Below, one piece after another: positions 26,454 through 38,388 of a stretch of DNA of 64,000 nt. The notes below the pieces were generated by a model that was not told the origin of the DNA, ran no database searches, and saw nothing but the letters and a program-made list of their open reading frames with translations. The DNA lies in NCBI RefSeq assembly GCF_964204865.1, contig NC_135260.1, forward strand, positions 14,012,001 through 14,076,000. The letters are read 5' to 3'. Origin of the DNA: Styela clava. Taxonomy: Eukaryota. Each line of letters begins with the position of its first letter. Within the stretch, counting starts at the first letter, position 1. The position numbers and the translations under genes were made by a program.

Positions 26454-28329
26454 TTTAATATTATACCACAAAGTAATAGATCAAACCGAAAAAGAAGAAG
26501 AGATTTGGCAAGTCCACTTTCAACAACAGGTCGATCACTAAGAAGTAATGTTCTACGGAAACAACACGGAATCAGATGTCGAAGCATGCTTTTAAAGTTG
26601 TGATTTCTCGCAAATAATTGAAATATTAATAAAATCGTATTTTTCAAGTCATTCTTTACATGGCAAGTGCAATAAGTTTATATTTTCAGTATAATTTTTA
26701 CTTTAAATTTGAAATACGAATTATTTCTCTATTTATACTATTAATCTAATGTTCAACGTTTATTCTATTTTCTTGCTTATTCAGCAAATAGCTATATTTC
26801 ATTCCATTAGAACAATACAATTTCTATAAGCTCAATTACTTTATTTATTTGTATCATTTATAAAATACTTCAACATGTAATCGATGCATAAATATATGGA
26901 ATCGAAGGCCGAAACGAGGTTTTACGGGTATGAAATATGTCACAGAAGACTACCGCCACAAGGTGCGCAATTTCTATTTTTGATGACGTCAACTACGTCG
27001 AAAAAAAAATCGCATATAGCACACATACATTTTGGAGATATATAAAAGTATTAGCTTTCCAGCAAAAAATACAATTTCAAAGCACTGAAAATTAGAAAGC
27101 ATTTGATGCAGTAGGTAATGAGTAAATCGATATTTCATAAAAAGAAATATACTAACAAGAAAGAAACATGACATGAACTACAAAAACAAAAACATCTTAA
27201 TATCAGAAGAAGGTATGTGTACAACTATGAATAATATATCACGTGAACTTTAGAGCAGTTAATATATACGGAAAATCCACTGATTGCAGAAAATCGGAAC
27301 GGTAAATGAATTGATATATCAGGGTTTAAGAATGTAACATCGATTAACTCCTTTCTTTTGTGCCTTTATTAGTTTCACATTTTAGTATCGAAACGGATTT
27401 TCGAGTTTTTGTATATGAGAAAAGTTTATACTTCATGAAGTTCACCAAAATCTTTTCAAAAGATAATGACATAATTTATTCCAGTATTACAGCACTTTTT
27501 ACCTTGTATAAAAATTAATTTTGCACATAACGCGTTGTTATTGGGATGAAAAGGTCCATGTCAAAAAAAAAAAACGAAAGATGAATTAGACCCAGTCGGA
27601 CCTACGAACTGCATGGCACGCTTTCAATTCCTTCCCAAATAGCAATGCTACCATTCTTTTCATCCAATGAACCAAAAATTAGATTTGTTTCATCTATCGT
27701 TTCCTTACATTGCTAATGTCAAAATTTGATAGCTTGTGATGTTAATATCTAACAATATCGAAGAATTGCCGAATTTATTGAGTTCAGCAGTTGTGAATTA
27801 AAAAATTGCCAAATTCTGTTCAATATTAAATTGCCCACCAACAAACCTCGTACAATGTTTTGAAGGATACAAAATATAATGGAACGTTCTCCGTTAAACC
27901 AAAAGAAACTAGATATTATTCTTCATCGACAGAGGGATTTCGGTGCAAGAGTGATATCCTCATCTTTATGATAACGGAAATGTCATGTTAGTTCTAAAAC
28001 GAACGCTATCTATGCCTGAGTTATATTCTCACAAGTTCGGTATTTTCAGATAAGTAAGAACAAAAGGCTGTTTGATAAAATTTACATAAACTAATCAAAA
28101 ATTTGATAGTATTAAGATATGTTATCAGTCTAAAGAAAACTTAATTATGGTAGACAATTCACTAATAAAGTTCGAACTATCTTTCAATTTAAGCAGGATA
28201 TTCAATAGCGTTATCTTATCTTAATCGTATAGACTTGCATAAATATAACTTGCTGGGCCTAACATAATCATTCAACTATATTTTGTCATACCACCTTCTA
28301 CACAATCCGAAGAGAGGAATTAGTAAAGT

Positions 28330-28903
28330 ATGTGCAGCAAAATCAACTCAAATCAATCCACAGAAGATCTGTTATCTATGGTACGCTTCATTATGCATGA
28401 GACATTTTATATCCTAATTGAAGCAATCACCGTTTCAACAAATATTTATTCACAACGTAACTAATAACCATTATTTATATTTCTCTTTACAGAGTTTAAA
28501 AGAATTATTGATTTTGAACGAGCATGTCAGTCCAAGACAAAACAAGTTGAATATTCCAAGAAACAAAAGATATCTCACACAAATTGATATTACTATTTCA
28601 CGCAATTTTAGGAAAAGCGTTCCAAACAAAGAGTGCTCAATGATCCAAGAAATATACCGTTCAGGATCTGATCCAAAAGCGGATGAAATAAAATCTAAAG
28701 TAAATTACAACAAAACACAAACGAAAAACTTTTCACAATACACTGGAGCTCAATTTAATATTATACCACAAAGTAATAGATCAAACCGAAAAAGAAGAAG
28801 AGATTTGGCAAGTCCACTTTCAACAACAGGTCGATCACTAAGAAGTAATGTTCTACGGAAACAACACGGAATCAGATGTCGAAGCATGCTTTTAAAGTTG
28901 TGA
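28330..28903 (+). CDS. Candidate 153-aa orphan protein, array copy 4 (exons 28330-28380, 28493-28903)
   Basis: Same spliced frame as copy 2 and open; GTACGC donor, TTTACAG acceptor. Confidence 0.42.
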
Positions 28904-30631
28904 TTTCTCGCAAATAATTGAAATATTAATAAGATCGTATTTTTCAAGTCATTCTTTACATGGCAAGTGCAATAAGTTTATATTTTCAGTATAATTTTTA
29001 CTTTAAATTTGAAATACGAATTATTTCTCTATTTATACTATTAATCTAATGTTCAACGTTTATTCTATTTTCTTGCTCATTCTGCAAATAGCTGGATTTC
29101 ATTCCATTAGAACAATACAATTTCTATAAGCTCAATTACTTTATTTATTTGTATCATTTATAAAATACTTCAACATGTAATCGATGCATAAATATATGGA
29201 CTCGAAGGCCGAAACGAGGTTTTACGGGTATGAAATATGTCACAGAAGACTACCGCCACAAGGTGCGCAATTTCTATTTTTGATGACGTCAACTACGTCG
29301 AAAAAAAAAAATTGCATATAGCACACATACATTTTGGAGATATATAAAAGTATTAGCTTTCCAGCAAAAAATACAATTTTAAAGCACTGAAAATTAGAAA
29401 GCATTTGATGCAGTAGGTAATGAGTAAATCGATACTTCATAAAAAGAAATATACTAACAAGAAAGAAACATGACAGGAACTACAAAAACAAAAACATCTT
29501 AATATCAGAAGAAGCTATGTGTACAACTATGAATAATATATCACGTGATCTTTAGAGCAGTTAATATATACGGAAAATCCACTGATTGCAGAAAATCGGA
29601 ACGGTAAATGAATTGATATATTAGGCTTTAAGAATGTAACATCGATTAACTCTTTTCTTTTGTGCCTTTATTAGTTTCACATTTTAGTATCGAAACGGAT
29701 TTTCGAGTTTTTGTATATGAGAAAAGTTTATACTTCATGAAGTTCACCAAAATCTTTTCAAAAGATAATGACATAATTTATTCCAGTATTACAGCACTTT
29801 TTACCTTGTATAAAAATTAATTTTGCACATAACGCGTTGTTATTGGGATGAAAAGGTCCATGTCAAAAAAAAAAAACGAAAGATGAATTAGACCCAGTCG
29901 GACCTACGAACTGCATGGCACGCTTTCATTTCCTTCCCAAATAGCAATGCTACCATTCTTTTCATCCAATGAACCAAAAATAAGATTTGTTTCATCTATC
30001 GTTTCATTACATTGCTAATGTCAAAATTTGATAGTTTGTGATGTTAATATCTAACAATATCGAATAATTGTCGAATTTATTGAGTTCAGCAGTTGTGAAT
30101 TAAAAAATTGTCAAATTCTGTTCAATATTAAATTGCTCACCATCAAACCTCGTACAATGTTTTGAAGGATACAAAATATAATGGAACGTTCTCCGTTAAA
30201 CCAAAAGAAACTAGATATTATTCTTCATCGACAGAGGGATTTCGGTGCAAGAGTGATATCCTCATCTTTATGATAACGGAAATGTCATGTTAGTTGTAAA
30301 ACGAACGCTATCTATGCCTGTGTTATATTCTCACAAGTTCGGTATTTTCAGATAAGTAAGAACAAAAGGCTGTTTGATAAAATTTACATAAACTAATCGA
30401 AAATTTGATAGTATTAAGATATGTTATCAGTCTAAAGAAAACTTAATTATGGTCGGCAATTCACTATAAAAGTTAAAACTATCTTTCAATTTATGCAGGA
30501 TATTTAATAGCGTTATCTTATCTTGATCGTATAGACTTGCATAAATATAACTTGCTGGGCCTAACATAATCATTCAACTATATTTTGTCATACCACCTTC
30601 TACACAATCCAAAGAGAGGAATTAGAAAAGT

Positions 30632-31205
30632 ATGTGCAGCAAAATCAACTCAAATCAATCCACAGAATATCTATTATCTATGGTAAGCTTCATTATGCAT
30701 GAGACATTTTATATCCTAATTGAAGCAATCACCTTTTCAACAAATATTTATTCACAACGTAACTAATAACCATTATTTATATTTCTCTTTACAGAGTTTA
30801 AAAGAATTATTGATTTTGAACGAGCATGTCAGTCCAAGACAAAACAAGTTGAATATTCCAAGAAACAAAAGATATCTCACACAAATTGATATTACTATTT
30901 CACGCAATTTTAGGAAAAGCGTTCCAAACAAAGAGTGCTCAATGATCCAAGAAATATACCGTTCAGGATCTGATCCAAAAGCGGATGAAATAAAATCTAA
31001 AGTAAATTACAACAAAACACAAACGAAAAACTTTTCACAATACACTGGAGCTCAATTTAATATTATACCACAAAGTAATAGATCAAACCGAAAAAGAAGA
31101 AGAGATTTGGCAAGTCCACTTTCAACAACAGGTCGATCACTAAGAAGTAATGTTCTACGGAAACAACACGGAATCAGATGTCGAAGCATGCTTTTAAAGT
31201 TGTGA
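30632..31205 (+). CDS. Candidate 153-aa orphan protein, array copy 5 (exons 30632-30682, 30795-31205)
   Basis: Same spliced frame and open; GTAAGC donor, TTTACAG acceptor. Confidence 0.45.
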
Positions 31206-32933
31206 TTTCTCGCAAATAATTGAAATATTAATAAGATCGTATTTTTCAAGTCATTCTTTACATGGCAAGTGCAATAAGTTTATATTTTCAGTATAATTTT
31301 TACTTTAAATTTGAAATACGAATTATTTCTCTATTTATACTATTAATCTAATGTTCAACGTTTATTCTATTTTCTTGCTTATTCAGCAAATAGCTGGATT
31401 TCATTCCATTAGAACAATACAATTTCTATAAGCTCAATTACTTTATTTATTTGTATTATTTATAAAATACTTCAACATGTAATCGATGCATAAATATATG
31501 GACTCGAAGGCCGAAACGAGGTTTTACGGGTATGAAATATGTCACAGAAGACTACCGCCACAAGGTGCGCAATTTCTATTTTTGATGACGTCAACTACGT
31601 CGAAAAAAAAAAATTGCATATAGCACACATACATTTTGGAGATATATAAAAGTATTAGCTTTCCAGCAAAAAATACAATTTTAAAGCACTGAAAATTAGA
31701 AAGCATTTGATGCAGTAGGTAATGAGTAAATCGATACTTCATAAAAAGAAATATACTAACAAGAAAGAAACATGACAGGAACTACAAAAACAAAAACATC
31801 TTAATATCAGAAGAAGCTATGTGTACAACTATGAATAATATATCACGTGATCTTTAGAGCAGTTAATATATACGGAAAATCCACTGATTGCAGAAAATCG
31901 GAACGGTAAATGAATTGATATATTAGGCTTTAAGAATGTAACATCGATTAACTCTTTTCTTTTGTGCCTTTATTAGTTTCACATTTATGTATCGAAACGG
32001 ATTTTCGAGTTTTTGTACATGAGAAAAGTTTATATTTCATGAAGTTCACCAAATTCTTTTCAAAAGATAATGACATCATTTATTCCAGTATTACAGCACT
32101 TTTTACCTTGTATAAAAATTTATTTTGCACATAATGCGTTGTTATTGGGATGAAAAGGTCCATGTCAAAAAAAAAACGAAAGATGAATTAGATCCAGTCG
32201 GACCTACGAACTGCATGGCACGCTTTCAACTCCTTCCCAAATAGCAATGCTACCATTCTTTACATCCAATGAACCAAAAATAAGATTTGTTTCATCCATC
32301 GTTTCATTACATTGCTAATGTCAAAATTGATAGCTTGTGATGTTAATATCTAACAATATCGAATAATTGCCGAATTTATTGAGTTCAGCAGTTGTGAATT
32401 AAAAAATTGCCAAATTCTGTACAATATTGAATTGCTCACCGTCAAACCTCGTACAATGTTTTGAAGGATACAAAATATAATGGAACGTTCTCCGTTAAAC
32501 CAAAAGAAACTAGATATTATTCTTCATCGACAGAGGGATTTCGGTGCAAGAGTGATATCCTCATCTTTATGATAACGGAAATGTCATGTTAGTTGTAAAA
32601 CGAACACTATCTATGCCTGTGTTATATTCTCACAAGTTCGGTATTTTCAGATAAGTAAGAACAAAAGGCTGTTTGATAAAATTTACATAAACTAATCGAA
32701 AATTTGATAGTATTAAGATATGTTATCAGTCTAAAGAAAACTTTATTATGGTCGGCAATTCACTATAAAAGTTCGAACTATCTTTCAATTTAAGCAGGAT
32801 ATTCAATAGCGTTATCTTATCTTGATCGTATAGACTTGCATAAATATAACTTGCTGGGCCTAACATAATCATTCAACTATATTTTGTCATACCACCTTCT
32901 TCTATACAATCCAAAGAGAGGAATTAGTAAAGT

Positions 32934-33525
32934 ATGTGCAGCAAAATCAACTCAAATCAATCCACAGAGGATCTATTATCTATGGTAAGCTTCATTATGC
33001 ATGAGACATTTTATATCCTAATTGAAGCAATCACCTTTTCAACAAATATTTATTCACAACGAAACTAATACACATTATTTATATTTCTCTTTACAGAGTT
33101 TAAAAGAATTATTAATGTTGAACGAGCATGTCAGTCCAAGACAAAACAAGTTGAATATTCCAAGAAATAAAAGATATCTCACACAAATTGATATTAATAT
33201 TTCACGCAATTTTAGGAAAAGCATTCCAAACGAAGAGTGCTTAATGATCCAAGGAAAATACCGTTCAGGATTTGATCCAAATGCGGATGAAATAGAATCT
33301 AAAGTTTATTACAACAAAACACAAACTAATAACTTTTCACAATACCCTGGAGCTCAACTTAGTATTCGACCACAAAGTAATAGATCAACCCGAAAAGGAA
33401 GAAGAGATTTAGCAAGTCCACTTTCAACAACAGGTCGATCACTAAGAAGTAATGTTCTACGGAAACAACACGGAATCAGATGTCGAAGCATGCTTTTAAA
33501 GTTGGGATTTCTCACAAATAATTGA
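32934..33525 (+). CDS. Candidate 159-aa orphan protein, array copy 6 (exons 32934-32984, 33097-33525)
   Basis: Open spliced frame despite many substitutions; stop TGA->GGA extends the C-terminus by GFLTNN. Confidence 0.45.
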
Positions 33526-35383
33526 AATATTAATAAAATCGTATTTTTCAAGTCATTCTTTACATGGCAAGTGCAATAAGTTTATATTTTCAATATAATT
33601 TTTACTTTAAATTTGAAATACGAATTCTTTCTCTATTTATACTATTAATCTAATGTTCAACGTTTATTCTATTTTCTTGCTTATTCAGCAAATAGCTGGA
33701 TTTCATTCCATTAGAACAATACATTTTCTATAAGCTCAATTACTTTATTTATTTGTATCATTTATAAAATACTTCCACAAGAAATCGATGCATAAATATA
33801 TGGACTCGAAGGCCGAAACGAGGTTTTACGGGTATGGAATATGTCACAGAAGACTACCGCCACAAGGTGCGCAATTTCTATTTTTGATGACGTCATCTAC
33901 GTCGAAAAAAAGAATTGCATATAGCACACATACATTTTTGAGATATATAAAAGTATTAGCTTTCTAGCAAAAATACAATTTTGAAGCACTGAAAATTAGA
34001 AAGCATTTGATCCAGTAGGTAATGGGTAAATCGATATTTCATAAAAAGAAATATACTAACAAGAAAGAAACATGATAGGAACTACAAAAACAAAAAACAT
34101 CTTAATAACAGAAGAAGCTATGTGTACACTTCGGGTCCAGTATAGAATAAACAAAATCATTCCAAAATTTATAAATATACATAAATGTGTTATTGTTTTC
34201 ACATAGCTGCACTCTTATGCTCAGTCAGCAAATATAGTACGGTCGCCCTTTTTTTATCGCAATTCAAAAATTACAAATCTATTCATTGCTGAATAATATA
34301 TCTCGTGATCTGTAGAGCAGTTAATATATACGGGAAATCTACTGATTGCAGAAAATCAGAACTGTAAATGAATTGATATAATAGGCTTTAAGAATGTAAC
34401 ATCGATTTACTCGATTCTCTCGTGCTTTTATTAGTTTCACGTTTATGTATCAAAGTGGATTTTGATTTTTGTACACGAAAAAAAAATATATTTCATAAAG
34501 TTCACCAAAATCTTTTCAAAAGATAATGACATAAATTATTCCAGTATTACAACACTTGTTACCTTATATAAAAAATCGTTTTGCACAAAATGCGTTATTA
34601 TTGGGATGAAAAGGTCTATGTCAAAAATAAAAAAAAGATGAATTAGGCCGATTCGGGACTTACAAACTGTAAGGGACGCTTTCAACTTCTTTCCAAATAG
34701 CAATGCTAATTACTATCATTGTACTCATCCCTTCAACCAAAAACAAGATTTCTTTCATCTATTGTTTCATTACATTGCGAACGTCAAAATTTGATAGTTT
34801 GTGATTTTATTAACTAACAATATCGAATAAATGCCGAATTTGTTGAGTTCCGCAGTTGTGAATCAAAAAACTGCAAACTGCAAAATCACCAGCAAATCTC
34901 GTACAATGTTTTGAAAAATACAAAATGCAATGGAACGTTCTCCTTTAGGCCAAAAGAAACTAGGTATTATTCTTTATCGGCAGAAGGATTTTGATGCACG
35001 AATGATATCCTCATCTTTTATTAAGTCTTTATGATAACGGAAATATCATGTTAGTCCCAAAGCGAACGCTATCTATGCATGTGTTATATTCTCACAAGTT
35101 CGGTATTTTCAGATAAGTATGAACAAAAGGCTGTTTGATAAAATTTACATAAACTAATCGAAAATTTGCTAGTATTAAGATAAGTTATCAGTCAAAAGAA
35201 AAGGTAATTATGGTCGGCAATTCACTATAAAAGTTCGAATTATCTTTCAAGATATTCAATAGCGTTATCTTATCTTGATCGTATGGACTTGCATAAATAT
35301 AACTTGCTGGGCCTAACATAATCATTTAACTATATTTTGTCATAACACTTTCTACACAATCCAAAGAGAGGAATTATTGAAGT

Positions 35384-35942
35384 ATGTGCAGCAAAATCAA
35401 CTCATATCAAACCACAGAAGATCTTTTATCTATTGTAAGCTTCATTATGCATGAGACATTTTACAGTATAATTAAAGGAAACACCTTTTCATCAAATATG
35501 TTTTCACAACGTAACTAATAACTATTAATTTTCTTTACAGAGTTTAAAAGAATTATTGATTTTGAACGAACATGTCAGTCCAAGACAAAACAAGTTGATT
35601 ATTCCAAGAAATAAAAGGTATATCAGACAAATTGATATTAATATTCCACGCAAGTTCAAGAAATGCATTCCAAACAAAGAGTGCTCAATGATCCAAGAAA
35701 TATACCGTTCAGGATCTGATTCAAAAGCGGATGAAATAAAATCTAAAGTAAATTACAACAAAACACAAACGAAAAACTTTTCACAATACACTGGAGCTCA
35801 ACTTAATATTATACCACAAAGTAATAGATCAAACCGAAAAAGAAGAAGAGATTTGGCAAGTCCACTTTCAACAACAGGTCGATCACTAAGAAGTAATGTT
35901 CTACGGAAACAACACGGAATCAGATGTCGAAGCATGCTCTAA
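35384..35942 (+). CDS. Candidate 150-aa orphan protein, array copy 7 (exons 35384-35434, 35541-35942)
   Basis: MCSKINSYQTTEDLLSI|GTAAGC ... TTCTTTACAG|SLKELLILNEH...RCRSML*; frame stays open in a diverged copy. Confidence 0.42.
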
Positions 35943-38388
35943 AGTTGTGATTTCTCGCAAATAATTGAAATATTAATAAAATCGTATATTTCAAGTCATT
36001 CTTTACATGGCAAGTTCAATAAGTTTATATTTTGAATATAATTTTTACTTTAAATTTGAAATACGAATTATTTCTCTATTTATACTATTAATCTAATGTT
36101 CAACGTTTATTCTATTTCCTTGCTTATTCAGCTAATAGCTGGATTTCATTCCATTAGAACAATACAATTTCTATAAGCTCAATTACTTAAATTAATTTGT
36201 ATCATTTATAAAATACTTCAACAAGAAATCGATGCATAAATATATGGACTCGAAGGCCGAAACGAGGTTTTACGGGTATGAAATATGTCACAGAAGACTA
36301 CCGCCACAAGGTGCGCAATTTCTATTTTTGATGACGTCATCTACATCGAAAAAAAGAATCGCATATAGCACACATACATTTTGAGATATATAAAAGTATT
36401 AGCTTTCTAGCAAAAATACAATTTTAAAGCACTGAAAATTAGAAAGCATTTGATCCAGTAGGTAATGAGTAAATCGATATTTCATGAAAAGAAATATACT
36501 AACAAGAAAGAAACATGACAGGAACTACAAAAACAAAAACATCTTAATAAGAGAAGAAGCTCTGTGTACACTTCGGGTCCAATATAGAATAAACAAAATC
36601 ATTCCAAAATTCATAAATATACATAAATGTGTTATTGTTTTCACATAGCTGCACTCTTATGCTCAGTCAGTGAATATAGTACGGCCGACCCTTTTTATCG
36701 CAATTCAAAAATTACAAATCTATTCATTGCTAAATAATATATCTCGTGATCTGTAGAGCAGTTAATATATACGGGAAATCTACTGATAGCAGAAAATCGG
36801 AACTGTAAATGAATTGATATATTAGGTTTTAAGAATGTAACATCGAATAACTCGATTCTCTCGTGCTTTTATTAGTTTCACATTTATGTATCAAAGTGGA
36901 TTTCGACATTTGTACACGAAAAAAGTTTATATTTCATAAAGTTCACCAAAATCTTTTCAAAAGATAATGACATAAATTATTCCAGTATTACAACACTTGT
37001 TACGTTATATGTAAATTCGTTTTGCACATAATACGTTATTATTGGGATGAAAAGGTCTTTGTCAAAAATAACGAAAGATGAATTAGACCGAGTCAGACTT
37101 ACAAACTGCATGGGACGCTTTCAACTTCTTCCCAAATAGCAATGCTAATTACTACCATTCTACTCATCCCATCAACCAAAAACAAGATTTGTTTCAACTA
37201 TCATTTTCTTACCTTGCGAATGTCAATATTTGATAGTTTGTGATGTTAATAACTGACAATATCGATATTTGCAATCGATATTTGCAATCCATTCAAGTGC
37301 AATAAGTTTATATTTTCATTATGATTTTTACTTTAAATTTGAAATACGAATTGTTTCTTAAATTATACTATTAATCTAATGTTTCAACGTTTATTCTATT
37401 TTCTTGCTTGTTCAACCAATAGCTCGATTTCATTCCATTAGATTGATTAGAACAATAAAATTTCTGTAAGCTCAATTAGTTTATTTATTTATATCTTATA
37501 TTAAATACTTCAACAAGAAATCGATGCTCAAATATATGGACTCGAAGGCCGAAACGAGGTTGTACGGGTATGCAATCTGTCACAGTAGACTACCGCCACA
37601 AGGGGCGCAATTTTCTATTTTTGATGACGTCATCCACATCGAAAAGAAAGAATTGCATATAGCATACAGACATTTTCGAAATATATAAAAGTAATAGCTT
37701 TCTAGCAAAAAATACAATTTTGATACTATAACACAAAAAGGAACACGACATGTACTACAACAACAAAAACATCTCATTAACAGAAGAAGATATATGTACA
37801 CTTCGGGTCCAATATAGATGAATAAAATCATTTCAAAATTTAAAAATATCCATAAATGTGTTATTGTTTTCACATAGCTGCATTCTAATGCTCAGTCATT
37901 GAATACAGTACGGTCGTCCCTTTTTATCGCAATTCGAAAGATACAAATCTATCTTTTGCTAAATAACATATCACGTGATCTTTAGAGCAGTTAATTAATA
38001 TACAAGGAAGATCCACTGATTGCAGAAAATCGGGACTGTAAATGAATTGATATATTAAACTTCAAGAATATAACATTGATTAATTCGATTCTCTTGTGCT
38101 TTTATTAGTTTCACATTTATGTATCCAAGCGTATTTTTGAGTTTGTTAACAAGAAAAAATTTTCTATCCCATAAAGTTCACCAAAATCTTTTTAAAAGAT
38201 AATGACATAATTTATTCAGTTATACAACACTTGTTACCTTATATAAAAATTAGTTTTGCACATAATGTGGTATTATTGGAATGAATAGTCTATGTCAAAA
38301 TAACGATAGATGAATTAGTCCAAGTCGGACTTACAAACTGCATAGCACGTATTCTACTTCTCTCCCAAACAGCAATGCTAATACTACT

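Larger units (their letters stand above)
20504..38388 (+). repeat. Tandem array of ~2.3-2.5-kb units (7 full + 1 internally deleted)
   Basis: The marker CAATGCT recurs at 20504, 22867, 25343, 27643, 29945, 32245, 34701, 37140 and 38373 (units of 2363, 2476, 2300, 2302, 2300, 2456, 2439, 1233 bp); near-identical ORFs repeat in the ORF track. Confidence 0.97.

Noticed and set aside
20504-38388. CRISPR, rDNA, histone or snRNA tandem array
   Set aside because: Eukaryotic context, kilobase units without spacers, and no rRNA, histone, 5S, SL or U-snRNA sequence recognised in the unit.
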